Assembly (NCBI GenBank): GCA_031412675.1
Contig: JANODL010000152.1
Coordinates: 5,018 to 69,017 of the forward strand
Length of the DNA: 64,000 nt
Source: Acidobacteriota bacterium
GTDB lineage: Bacteria > Acidobacteriota > Blastocatellia > Pyrinomonadales > Pyrinomonadaceae
Reading direction: 5' to 3'
Every line of letters starts with the position of its first letter. Position 1 is the first letter of the stretch. This document shows positions 16,239-25,933 of this stretch, one piece after another. The notes under the pieces are model-generated. The model did not search any database, had not been told where the DNA came from, and saw nothing but the letters and a program-made list of their open reading frames with translations. The translations under genes were made by a program, and so were the position numbers.

Positions 16239-19200
16239 TTATTTAACGCTCATCCAGTTGTCGCCCGCACCGACTTCGACCGTTAAAGGAACGTCCAATT
16301 CGACCGCCGATTCCATTGATTTTTTGATGATTTCCATTGCTTTTTCGACTTCCGCCTCGGGCGATTCAAAAAGCAATTCGTCGTGAACCTGCATAATCAT
16401 CTGCGTTTTCAAGCCGGCGCGCTCTAAATCTTGATCAACTTTGAGCATCGCAATCTTGACAATATCACTCGCCGTGCCTTGCAACGGCATATTGATCGCT
16501 TCGCGTTCGGCGCGTGTGCGGACATTGAAATTGCGGTCATTGATTGACGGAAAATAACGCCGTCTGCCGTAAATCGAAGTAACAAAACCTTTTTCGCGGG
16601 CGGCTTCGGGCGTGGAATCCATAAATTTTTTCACGCCTTTGTAGGTTTCGTAATAATCTTCGATCACCTTTTTCGCCTCGCTGCGCGTCAGCCCGACTCT
16701 CTGCGAAAGTCCGAAGGCTTCGACCGCGTAGGCAATCGCAAAATTGACAATTTTCGCGAGACGGCGTTTTTCTTTTAATTCGGCTTCGGTTTTCGCACCG
16801 AAAACGAGTTCGGCAGTTTGCGCGTGGATGTCTTCGCCGTTTTGAAAGGCTTCGAGCATTCTTTCGTCGCGTGTAACTTGTGCCAGCAATCGCAATTCAA
16901 GCTGTGAATAATCGGCGGAAATCAATTTAAAACCTTTTTCGGGAATGAAAGCGCGGCGAATCTGCTGACCGAGTTCGGTGCGGTTCGGAATATTTTGTAA
17001 ATTCGGGTCGGTAGAATTATGAACTATAATTCCCTGCGCTAAATATTGTTCTACATCTTCGACCATAATGTCATACATTTGCACTGGATTTTCCTGCCAA
17101 ATTTCTTTTATTTTTACTTCATATAATTGAGTCGCAACTGCCTCGTCTACGAAGTTTTTTTCTAAAGAATTATTTTGAGGGAAAGTTGAAAAAGATTTTT
17201 CAACCCATTCCAGACGAGGCAGAGTTGCGTGATGACTTCTCTGAGTTATATATTTTGAAGCCCAAGTCATAATCGGAAACGGAACTCTGCCGTTCGTCTG
17301 ACGATAAAAGTCATAGATAATCGGTTTTAGCTGATTAATATTAAATTCATTTGGTAAAGTCAGAAGTTCGCCGACACTTTTGAGGCTTTTTCTTTTCAAT
17401 AAATCCAGACAGATTCGAGTTTTTCTTTGACTGATAAATCCGATTCGATTAAAAAATACATCTTTCGACCTGTCGCCAAGAATCTGTAAAGTAAATCTGG
17501 TTGCGTATCCGCGAGGGTCATCCGTTCCTTTTTTAACTGTCGAAGGAATCCCGTAAATTGTCAGAAGCTGCTGAACATCTTCAAGCATTTCAGCACTTAC
17601 GGAACGAACTTGAATTCCACCGCTAAAAGACACACAGCCATCACCTTCAAAATAACCGCGCAAAAAAGCGGAAACAATTTCTTCGGGAGCGGTAAAAATA
17701 CTTTTGGGAACGCGAATGTCGCCCGACTTTCCACCTGCTCCGATTCGAACTAAAGCACTTGCAATATCAATGCCCGATAAATCTAAAGTCGGACAAGTTC
17801 GGGTTTTTCTGAAAGTCGGGTTTTTACCAAAAATCTCACAGCATATTCTTGAAAAATGATTGATTAAAGCCTCATCTTCCCAACCGAACGCCAAGACTAT
17901 CTTTGAAGGCTTGCCGTTGTAATTGCTCGAAACAATATGTCCGTCAGCCATACAATAACCGACAAATTCAGCAAACTCAGGCGACCATTTTGTAGGTAAT
18001 TTAGGTGATTTTTTTGTGCGGTAAGCGGTCGCCCGTTCGATATTCAAATCAAGGTCTTGTCCAAATGCTCCTTGATTGAAACTCATATAGACGACATCGC
18101 CGATGAAAAGATTTTTAGCTTCAATCCATTTACCAAGACTGCGAATTTTATGTTCAGGACTGCAACGCAAAGTAATTCCATTTGAAAACTTAAATGCTAT
18201 CACAGGTTTTAGACCGGTATTTTCCCAAGCCAAAATTCTTTTTAACCCAAACGGTGTTCGGATTTTCTCGCCTACACAAACAGATTCAATTCCTACTAAA
18301 CCGCGTTCGGTATTGACAAAAGTATTAGCCGGTAGACAAGACAATCTTCCGGTCGCGGCGACGGTTTGATTGAGCTTGCCGTGAATCCGTCCGTCCGCCG
18401 CGATTTGCGTCGGCAGAACGTCGGAATATGTCGCTTTGAGTTTGTCGAGCTCGCGGAAATCAATGATAAACTGCGCGATTTCATAAGTCAGCGCGAGTTC
18501 CGTGAGAATGTCTTTGCTCGTCGAGATTTGTCCGGTCGCGGTCTTTCGTCCGGTTTCGATATTTAATTCCTGCAAAATTTCGCCGACTTGTTTGGGCGAA
18601 TTGATGTTGAATTCGTGTCCCGCAATCGCGTAAATTTTTTCGCGCAGAGTGTCGAGTTCCGTCGAAACAAAGTCCGAAAAACCGTTCAGCGCGTCAACGT
18701 CAACTTTCATTCCTGCCATTTCAATCTTGTAAAGCAGAGGAATCAGCGGCAATTCGATTTCCGAATAAACCATTTCGAGTCCGTCCTCAACGATTTTTTT
18801 TCTGAGCATCGGCGCAAGCTGAACGATAAAATCGGCACGTTCGGCGGTTCGATATTGATTTTCCGCCCAGCCTTCGAGAACTTCAAACCTAGCGTCCGCG
18901 CCTAAATTTATCTGCGAGAGCGTTTCCAAATCGCTCTTGCGGCTCGAATCTATCAAATAAGACGCGATGCAAGTGTCGTCCACGACAGCTTCGGGCGTGA
19001 TGCCGATTTTATCCAAAACCGACAAATCATTTTTCAAATCGTGCGAGACTTTTTCGAGAAATCCGTTTGATAAAATATCTTTTAAGGATTCAATCGCGCT
19101 TTCTTTGCCGCCTTCAAAGTTTTCCAAATCAACATAATAAGACGCGCCGGCGGCGGTTGCAATCGCCACGCCGAGCGGCGGAAGTTTGTCGAAACTGCTC

Positions 19201-20285
19201 GCTTTCGGCGGCGAATTCGACGAATCAACTTCAAACGACCAATGTTCCGTTTCCCAAAGCCGCCGCGTCAATTTGTCCAAATCTTCGCGCGTGTTGATCA
19301 GTTGATAATTTCTGGTCACAGGCGCGTTCGGCGCGTCGTCCAAACCATCAAAAAGCGGCATCGAATCGGCAAATTCGCGGGTCAAAGCCGTAAATTCGAG
19401 TTCCCGGAAAAGCGCGTAGGCAAGTTGACGATTCGGCTCATTGTGTTTGAGCGCGTCCAAATCGAGTTCGATGTCCATCGTCGTATGAATCGTGGCGAGT
19501 TCCAACGATTGACGAATGATTTCCTGACTGTTCTGCAAAGATTCGCGGTAGGTTTTATGCGTAACTTTATCAGCATTCGCCATCGCGCCTTCCGCCGAAC
19601 CGTATTCCAAAACCAATTTCAACGCGCCTTTTTCGCCGATTCCGGGCGCACCGGGAATATTATCAATCGCATCGCCCATCAAACCGAGCAGGTCAATGAT
19701 TTTCGTCGGCGGAACTCCGAATTTATTTTCGACCCAAGCCTCGTCGCAATACTCGATCGGCGGCACGGCAACTTTGCGTTTGACGTTCTGCGAATTCTGC
19801 CGCATACAAACAATCAGCGGGTCGCGCACGAGTTGGCACAAATCCTTGTCGTTGGAAACAATCACGGATTGCAGACCTTTTTCGGCAACTTTCTGCGCGA
19901 GAGTGCCGATAATATCATCAGCCTCAAAACCCGGATGCCGCAGAATCGGAATGTTAAAGGCTTCGCAGACGCGGACGATATAAGGCATTTGCGACGACAA
20001 ATCTTCGGGCATCGCGGCGCGGTTGGCTTTGTAATCGGCAAACGAATCGTGGCGAAAAGTCTTTTCGGGCGAATCGAAAACGGCGGCGATATAGTCTGGA
20101 TTTTCGTCCGCAAGCAGTTTGCGAAGCATATTCGTGAAAACAAAAACCGCCTGCGTTACCTGCCCTTTCGAGTTTCGCAAAGGTTCTTGGCGTGCGCCCA
20201 TCGGTGCGAAAAAAGCGCGGAAAATATGCGACATCGTATCAATTAAAAAGACGCGTTCGGGTTTTGATTCGGATTCTTTAGCCAT
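16239..20285 (-). CDS. polA: DNA polymerase I, interrupted by an in-frame intein
   Basis: The 5'-nuclease N-terminus, 3'-5' exonuclease-like region and polymerase motifs (DYSQLELRLLA, QVHDELLFE) are all present. The ORF is 1348 aa, or 907 aa after removing the 441-aa insert. Confidence 0.97.
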   Translation of the reverse strand: MAKESESKPERVFLIDTMSHIFRAFFAPMGARQEPLRNSKGQVTQAVFVFTNMLRKLLADENPDYIAAVFDSPEKTFRHDSFADYKANRAAMPEDLSSQMPYIVRVCEAFNIPILRHPGFEADDIIGTLAQKVAEKGLQSVIVSNDKDLCQLVRDPLIVCMRQNSQNVKRKVAVPPIEYCDEAWVENKFGVPPTKIIDLLGLMGDAIDNIPGAPGIGEKGALKLVLEYGSAEGAMANADKVTHKTYRESLQNSQEIIRQSLELATIHTTMDIELDLDALKHNEPNRQLAYALFRELEFTALTREFADSMPLFDGLDDAPNAPVTRNYQLINTREDLDKLTRRLWETEHWSFEVDSSNSPPKASSFDKLPPLGVAIATAAGASYYVDLENFEGGKESAIESLKDILSNGFLEKVSHDLKNDLSVLDKIGITPEAVVDDTCIASYLIDSSRKSDLETLSQINLGADARFEVLEGWAENQYRTAERADFIVQLAPMLRKKIVEDGLEMVYSEIELPLIPLLYKIEMAGMKVDVDALNGFSDFVSTELDTLREKIYAIAGHEFNINSPKQVGEILQELNIETGRKTATGQISTSKDILTELALTYEIAQFIIDFRELDKLKATYSDVLPTQIAADGRIHGKLNQTVAATGRLSCLPANTFVNTERGLVGIESVCVGEKIRTPFGLKRILAWENTGLKPVIAFKFSNGITLRCSPEHKIRSLGKWIEAKNLFIGDVVYMSFNQGAFGQDLDLNIERATAYRTKKSPKLPTKWSPEFAEFVGYCMADGHIVSSNYNGKPSKIVLAFGWEDEALINHFSRICCEIFGKNPTFRKTRTCPTLDLSGIDIASALVRIGAGGKSGDIRVPKSIFTAPEEIVSAFLRGYFEGDGCVSFSGGIQVRSVSAEMLEDVQQLLTIYGIPSTVKKGTDDPRGYATRFTLQILGDRSKDVFFNRIGFISQRKTRICLDLLKRKSLKSVGELLTLPNEFNINQLKPIIYDFYRQTNGRVPFPIMTWASKYITQRSHHATLPRLEWVEKSFSTFPQNNSLEKNFVDEAVATQLYEVKIKEIWQENPVQMYDIMVEDVEQYLAQGIIVHNSTDPNLQNIPNRTELGQQIRRAFIPEKGFKLISADYSQLELRLLAQVTRDERMLEAFQNGEDIHAQTAELVFGAKTEAELKEKRRLAKIVNFAIAYAVEAFGLSQRVGLTRSEAKKVIEDYYETYKGVKKFMDSTPEAAREKGFVTSIYGRRRYFPSINDRNFNVRTRAEREAINMPLQGTASDIVKIAMLKVDQDLERAGLKTQMIMQVHDELLFESPEAEVEKAMEIIKKSMESAVELDVPLTVEVGAGDNWMSVK
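17016..18338 (-). mobile_element. intein with LAGLIDADG homing endonuclease domain inside polA
   Basis: The extein junction is ...AATGRLS|CLPANTF...GIIVHN|STDPNLQNIP. It has Cys1, a block B-like SPEH, two LAGLIDADG motifs (FVGYCMADGHI, FLRGYFEGDGCV), a block F/G (MYDIMVEDVEQYLAQGIIVHN) and a +1 Ser. It is 1323 nt, in frame, and AT-richer than the flanking polA sequence. Confidence 0.9.
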
Positions 20286-20410
20286 TTGGCTTTGATGATA
20301 AAAAATGTCGTTGGCGGTTACAAGTTGAGAGGTAAGAAAGTTGCCTAAATGTAAATTATGAATATAATTATGCGGTCAGATATTTTATCAGGGCATGTAT
20401 TTGGGAATTT

Positions 20411-20962
20411 ATGCCGAGAACTTTAACCTCAGAATCGTTTACAAAATTACTCGAAACTCTGTCTTCAAATGAAGCGGAGGCGGCGGTCGTCTATACCGAT
20501 TTACACGAATCGCTGGTCAGATATTTTCAATTGAAAGGCATTTCCGAGCCTGATAAAGCGGCTGATGAAACGATTGACCGCATTCCCGAAAGAATCAATA
20601 AATATACAAAAAACGAAGACGTAAAATATATCGCCTTCAGCATCGCAAAATTCGTCTTTCTCGAAAAAATTCGCACGGAGCAAAAACAAACTCGCGCCGC
20701 CGATGGTTTTTATTTGAAAAACGGCGCGATGAAAAAGTTTGATGAAACTGACAATCTTGAATCGCTCCGCGAATGCTTCAAAAAATTGTATCGGCACGAA
20801 CAGGAATTGCTCGTAAACTATTTTTCGGACTTAACGGCAGAACGAATTTCTGAAAATCGTCAGAAATTGGCAGACCGTGAAGAAATTGACTTAAATGCTC
20901 TAAGGAATAGAGTTTCGCGGCTTCGCAGACGGCTGGAAGATTGTCTTAACAAAAAAAAATAA
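20411..20962 (+). CDS. putative ECF-like sigma factor / regulatory protein
   Basis: 183 aa, helical, with a basic C-terminus (NRVSRLRRRLEDCL) resembling a sigma region 4. It precedes an anti-sigma-like membrane protein. The assignment is weak. Confidence 0.4.
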   Translation: MPRTLTSESFTKLLETLSSNEAEAAVVYTDLHESLVRYFQLKGISEPDKAADETIDRIPERINKYTKNEDVKYIAFSIAKFVFLEKIRTEQKQTRAADGFYLKNGAMKKFDETDNLESLRECFKKLYRHEQELLVNYFSDLTAERISENRQKLADREEIDLNALRNRVSRLRRRLEDCLNKKK

Positions 20963-21024
20963 TTTTTTTTTCGCGGCTTGCGTGATTTTTTTGAAAAAAA
21001 CGACATTTATAGATAGAGGCTTAT

Positions 21025-22014
21025 ATGAAAAATATCAGCGACGACCAACTCAGAGCTTATTTTCTCGGCAAATTGCCCGAGCCGGAAGCGGAGATTCTCG
21101 AAATCGAATGTGTTTCAAAGGCAGAATTAATCGAACAAGCACAGGTCGTCGAAGGAGAATTGGCGGACGATTATCTGCGCGGAAATCTTTCGGCGGCAGA
21201 CGCGTCTTTGTTTGAAACAAATTATCTGATAACCGAAGCGCGGCGCGAAAAATTGCGTGTTGCGGAAGGTTTGTGGAAAATTGCGAGCGAACCGAAAACA
21301 CAAACTGCTTCGGTCGTGGCGGTTTCGGCAAATTCGTTTTGGCAGACGCTTTTCGGCAAACGAAAAGCCTTTCAGTTTGCTTTCGGCGGTTTGCTTTTAT
21401 TGCTTGTTTTCGGCGCAGTTGCTTTTTATTTGCTGACTTTGACGGTTGATAAAAACGACGTTGCCGAGGTCAAAGACGCGAATCAATCTCCGAAAAACGA
21501 AACTCCGGTAATTCAAATTCCCGACAATCAAACGCTTCAAAATTTCGAGCCAGAAGACCAAAACCCGAAAACCGCTTCGACAAATTCAACCGTTCAAAAT
21601 AAAGAATCTGTTAAAGATTCAAACTCGCCGCAGAAAACTCAGCCCGAAATAAAACCGATTTCGACACCGAAAAATGTCGAACCGAATAAGTTTGCGTCGG
21701 CGATGGTTGTCAAACTTTTGCCGGGAAGTTTGCGCGATGACGGAGAACAATCTGTGACAATCGCGCCGAGTGTGAAAAATTTACAATTGCTTTTGAGTCC
21801 GTCAGGCGCACCGAACAACTATAAAATCTTTCGTGCGGTCGTGAAAACTCCCGAAGACGGCATAATCTTTACGTCGCCGAATTTGAAAGCGTTAAGTTTT
21901 ACGCTTCCCGCCGAAAAACTGGAAAACCGAACCTATATAATTTCGCTCGAAGGACAAAACCTGCAAAGCGAGTTTGAATCAATCGCCGATTACACTTTCC
22001 GCGTTCGCCGCTAA
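21025..22014 (+). CDS. putative anti-sigma-like single-pass membrane protein
   Basis: The N-terminal LRAYFLGKLPEPEAEILE... motif resembles anti-sigma N-domains. It has one TM helix (FAFGGLLLLLVFGAVAFYLL) and an extracytoplasmic C-terminal domain. Confidence 0.45.
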   Translation: MKNISDDQLRAYFLGKLPEPEAEILEIECVSKAELIEQAQVVEGELADDYLRGNLSAADASLFETNYLITEARREKLRVAEGLWKIASEPKTQTASVVAVSANSFWQTLFGKRKAFQFAFGGLLLLLVFGAVAFYLLTLTVDKNDVAEVKDANQSPKNETPVIQIPDNQTLQNFEPEDQNPKTASTNSTVQNKESVKDSNSPQKTQPEIKPISTPKNVEPNKFASAMVVKLLPGSLRDDGEQSVTIAPSVKNLQLLLSPSGAPNNYKIFRAVVKTPEDGIIFTSPNLKALSFTLPAEKLENRTYIISLEGQNLQSEFESIADYTFRVRR

Positions 22015-22074
22015 AATATAGTTTGGACAAGTTTCACAAAGGAAAAACAAGATTCAGAGCTAAAAACTTTCTTT

Positions 22075-22211
22075 GCCGGGAGCGCACGCATCCCTGCGTG
22101 CTGAACGCAGAGCGTTCAAAAAGCCTTGTTTGTCAATTCAGGTTTCTTCTTAACAAACGCTTTTACGCCGCGAAGCGCGACGTAGTACGCAGGGATGCGT
22201 GCGCTCTTGGC
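22075..22211. mobile_element. REPIN/MITE-like element, family 2, copy D
   Basis: GCCGGGAGCGCACGCATCCCTGCGTGCT ... AGTACGCAGGGATGCGTGCGCTCTTGGC. Each end carries the hairpin GCACGCA-N4-TGCGTGC. A second copy, internally inverted, lies at 42388-42524. Confidence 0.75.
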
Positions 22212-22233
22212 GATGACGTTATTTGTTTTTCAA

Positions 22234-25200
22234 TTACTCGCCGTTGAGCGTAAATCCCGACCAATAGCGCGGATTGCTGAAACGGGGAATTCGGCGCAAT
22301 TCGTTTTGGGCAGTACGGAGCGCGGCAGACGGCGTTTGACCGTCTTTGAGCATTGCGCGATAAAATCTTTTCATCAATTCGGCGGTTGCCGCGTCTTCGA
22401 CCTTCCACAAACTCGACACTACGCCGGACGCGCCCGCATACATAAATCCGCGAGTCAGCCCGACAATTCCTTCGCCGTCAATTTCTTTGCCGAGCGCAGT
22501 TTGACACGCGCTTAAAACTACCAAATCCGTATTTAGATGAAGCGAATACAAATCAATGACGCGCAAAAAACCGTTTTGCGGATTGCGGTTTTTGTCGTAG
22601 AGCGAAAGCACCAAACCCGATAATTCGGGGTTTTGCCGATTCAAAAAACCGTGCGTGGCAAAATGCAGAATGCGATAGGAATTAAAATCGCCGCGTAAAA
22701 AATTCTGCCGCGAGGCATCGGTGCCTAACGCCAAAATCGTCTGTTCGGGCGCAAACTTGCCGATTTCACGCGCTTCGATGCCGCTGAACGGCAGACGCGC
22801 CAGACGGTCAAGTCCGAAATCGCGTAAAGCCATCGCTAAATTGTCCGATAAATCTTTGACGTTCGACGGATTTTTCGGATTCGGAGATTTGATGACAAAA
22901 CGCTCGTCGTCTTCCTGAAAAATCGGGTCGGCAAAAACCGCCAGCAATTTGTCGCTCGATTTTTGGCGGTTGGCTTTGTTTTCGCGCAAAAAAGCAAGAC
23001 TCGCAAAAGACGGCGCGTTGACGATTTCGATGGTCGCAGAAATCGGCTGATAAACCGCGTTCGGCTTGAAAGTTAAGGCGGAAAAAGGAATCAACTGCAA
23101 TGTGCCGTCGGCAATCACGACAATTTGTTTGACGTTTTTAACTTCGTTCGCAATCGGCGATAAAATTTTGCGGCTCAGATTTTTTGATTTTTCGACGACT
23201 GCTTTATCATTTTTGGCTTGGCGGTCGGTCAATGCCAGATAAAATTCGCGGGCAGTTTGGTTGATAACGGCTTTTGACGGCAATTTAGCGAGTCTAAGCG
23301 AATTTTTACGAATCACCCAAACGTAGCTTTGTTCTGTGCCGAGCGCGAATTCAAAAATCGCCGTATCTTCGTCAATCAGTTTTTGAGCATCGGCAAGCGC
23401 GAAATTTTTCGATTGATTGATTGCCGAAAACTGCGGATTTTTCTGACGGATGTTTTCTTGTAAAACCTGATATTCTTCGAGGTTTTTATTTAATTCCGCC
23501 TCAGCTTCATTTTGCAGAACCGTATTTTTTGCTTTTGAGGCTTCGGTATATTTGAGTTCGGCGGCGGCAATCGCTTCGAGCAAAACTTGTTCTTGAGCAA
23601 AGAAATCTTTCGGTGCAAATTCGCTCAAATTCAAGCCGCTTTCAATCAGATTTTCCAACAAACTGCGTGCCCGAATTTTTTCGTGACTTTGCCACGCTTG
23701 TTCCAAAAGACTGATATCCGCCGTTTTTTCATAAAGTTTGATCAGCACTTCGATTTCCAACTCGTAATATTTTTTCAAAATCGAAAGATAACTCGTCCGC
23801 AGATTTTTCCCCAAAAACTGAGCGCGGATAACTTCCGAATTGCTGATGGCGAGTTCGATATTTTGCCGCGCCGTTTCAAAATTTCCCGCCCGATTTTCAA
23901 GATTGGCAAGATTGTAAAGCGAATCGGCTTCGGCGTAACGGTCTTTGGTTTGGCGGTTTATCTCGACTGCTTCGGTAAATAATCGGCGGGCATCGTCAAT
24001 CTGTCCGAGCGCAAAATAAGTTTTTCCAAGCACATTTAACGCGGCTTGAATTTTAACCGGATCAATCTCACGATAATTTTCAACGGCAATTTTCGATATT
24101 TTCAAGGCTTCTGCGAATCGTTTGGTTTCATAATAAATCGAACCGAGCCGCACGCGAATATAGCCCGAATAAAGAGTTCGTTTGACTTCTTCGGTCAGAA
24201 TTAAAGCCCCGTGCAGATAGCGTTCGGCTTCCGCGTATTTTTTTTGATTTGCAAGGATTCCGCCGATGTTGCTTTTAATAAAAGCCAGACGATACGGATT
24301 TTCATAATTCTTAACAATTTCATAACGGGCAAGTGCGATTCGGTTATATTTAAGAGCATTTTCCAAATCGCCCGAATTGCTGTAAAGCGAAGCGAGATTC
24401 GCTTGAGTCCGGTAATTAGTCAAAGGATTTTTGTCTTCTTCAAGACGCAACGATTCGCGGCAGGCTTCAAAGCCTTTTTGAAAATTTCCCGTGTCGTTAT
24501 ACATCCGGCACAAAGATGTCAAAGTCGCGGCTTCATCTAATTTATTGTTAAATTTTCGGTGTAATAACAAGGCTTCGTCAAAATAGCCCTGACTTTTTTC
24601 AATATAGTAAGTGCGCGGATTTTCGAGACTGTCGTAGTCGCGCAATTCATCGGCGAGATAAGTCAAACAGATTGCTTTTCCGGCTTCGTCATCTGTTTTT
24701 GACCAAATACCGAGAGCTTTTTCATAAAGTTCGAGGGCTTTCGCTTTTGCGCCGAATTCGTTGCCGTTAATGTATGCGAGATGAAAAAGCACATTTGCCT
24801 GTCCTTGGAAATCGTCGGTTTTTTCAAACAGCGCGAGGGATTTTTCGAGTCTTTCAATCGCTTGCGCCGCTTTCTCCAGACGATTTTCCGCGCCGAGTAA
24901 AATTTCACGCGCCGTGCCGAGAAGTTTCATCGCTTCGGCGCGTTTCAAATCGTTTTCTTTGGCGAGGCGTTCGTCTTTAAGAAGAATCGTGTAGCTTCCG
25001 CCGAAATTTCCCGGTCGGCGCGAATCGAGTTCGATGCGGTATTCGCCCGTCTTTTCGGCGACGAAAAACAATCTGTCGAATCCGGTAAAACCGCCCGGCG
25101 CGTTTGAAACCGATATTTTTTCGCCGTTCGGCGCAAAAGCCGCCAACGCAATATCAACGCCGCGTCGTTCGCAGGTGATTTCGATAATTTCATTTTCCTG

Positions 25201-25389
25201 CGCCGACACGGAAAAAATGTGCTTCGCGCCGTTTTTGAAATCACGCAAAACCGGCGCGTTTAATAATAACGGAGCGGTTTCCTGTAAATTAAAGCCGAGA
25301 ATTGCTTTGCTTAAAAATAAGAAGCAGAAAATTGTGAACACAAAAATTTTCTTTTTTTGACTCATATCCGCAAAAAAAACTGTTCTCAC
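22234..25389 (-). CDS. TPR repeat - CHAT domain protein (caspase-like protease)
   Basis: 1051 aa with an N-terminal signal/TM, a beta-rich domain, many TPRs and a C-terminal CHAT domain with a His (ILHFATHG) / Cys (VVLSACQTALG) dyad. The start may be the internal MSQKKK at 25365. Confidence 0.9.
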   Translation of the reverse strand: MRTVFFADMSQKKKIFVFTIFCFLFLSKAILGFNLQETAPLLLNAPVLRDFKNGAKHIFSVSAQENEIIEITCERRGVDIALAAFAPNGEKISVSNAPGGFTGFDRLFFVAEKTGEYRIELDSRRPGNFGGSYTILLKDERLAKENDLKRAEAMKLLGTAREILLGAENRLEKAAQAIERLEKSLALFEKTDDFQGQANVLFHLAYINGNEFGAKAKALELYEKALGIWSKTDDEAGKAICLTYLADELRDYDSLENPRTYYIEKSQGYFDEALLLHRKFNNKLDEAATLTSLCRMYNDTGNFQKGFEACRESLRLEEDKNPLTNYRTQANLASLYSNSGDLENALKYNRIALARYEIVKNYENPYRLAFIKSNIGGILANQKKYAEAERYLHGALILTEEVKRTLYSGYIRVRLGSIYYETKRFAEALKISKIAVENYREIDPVKIQAALNVLGKTYFALGQIDDARRLFTEAVEINRQTKDRYAEADSLYNLANLENRAGNFETARQNIELAISNSEVIRAQFLGKNLRTSYLSILKKYYELEIEVLIKLYEKTADISLLEQAWQSHEKIRARSLLENLIESGLNLSEFAPKDFFAQEQVLLEAIAAAELKYTEASKAKNTVLQNEAEAELNKNLEEYQVLQENIRQKNPQFSAINQSKNFALADAQKLIDEDTAIFEFALGTEQSYVWVIRKNSLRLAKLPSKAVINQTAREFYLALTDRQAKNDKAVVEKSKNLSRKILSPIANEVKNVKQIVVIADGTLQLIPFSALTFKPNAVYQPISATIEIVNAPSFASLAFLRENKANRQKSSDKLLAVFADPIFQEDDERFVIKSPNPKNPSNVKDLSDNLAMALRDFGLDRLARLPFSGIEAREIGKFAPEQTILALGTDASRQNFLRGDFNSYRILHFATHGFLNRQNPELSGLVLSLYDKNRNPQNGFLRVIDLYSLHLNTDLVVLSACQTALGKEIDGEGIVGLTRGFMYAGASGVVSSLWKVEDAATAELMKRFYRAMLKDGQTPSAALRTAQNELRRIPRFSNPRYWSGFTLNGE

Positions 25390-25776
25390 AAAATTTAATA
25401 ATTTTATGACGGTCTGATGTATGTATTAAATTGCTAATTAACCGAAAATTTAAGCGAAAGGGAAAGTATTTGAAAATATCGGCGGTAGTCTTATTAAAGT
25501 TTTAACAGCAATTCATAGTTGAAAATTAACATTTTTTTACCATAAAAACAAAAGGTTTGGCGGAAAAAAGCAGTTTTTGAGTGATGTCGGTTTAATCGGG
25601 TTTTGAAATCGAAAGAGAATTTTTTGTGAATAATTTCCCGAACACGGTTTGACAATAAAAAAGTTCGTGCGATATTCTTACTATTCGTTTTGTTGCGAGG
25701 TTTGTTATTTGAATGCATAAATCGAAAGTATTTTCTTGTTGTCAGTAGAAATAGTTTCAACACAAACCACTTATGT

Positions 25777-25852
<76 letters not shown>

Positions 25853-25933
25853 TCTTTTTTTAGAAAATCTGCATCTATCAGTTAAACCGATTCGCTTTCA
25901 TCAGAAGCGAATTTTTTATTTTATAGAGAAGAA

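Noticed and set aside
22023-22247. A 74-aa ORF here and the 74-aa ORF at 42322-42546, which have similar peptides (..RERTHP..).
   Set aside because: Both lie entirely within the family-2 inverted-repeat elements. The similarity reflects repeat DNA, not a protein family.
22234-25389. TPR-CHAT protein as a type III-E CRISPR-associated protease (Csx29/Craspase-like).
   Set aside because: There is no CRISPR array, no gRAMP/Cas7-11 and no other cas gene in the window. The protein also carries an N-terminal export signal, which does not fit a cytoplasmic CRISPR effector partner.
25649-25678. TTGACA-N17/18-TATTCT as the promoter for tRNA-Glu.
   Set aside because: It is plausible, but the -10 element is weak and lies about 100 nt upstream of the tRNA. 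That is not enough support to list it as a feature.
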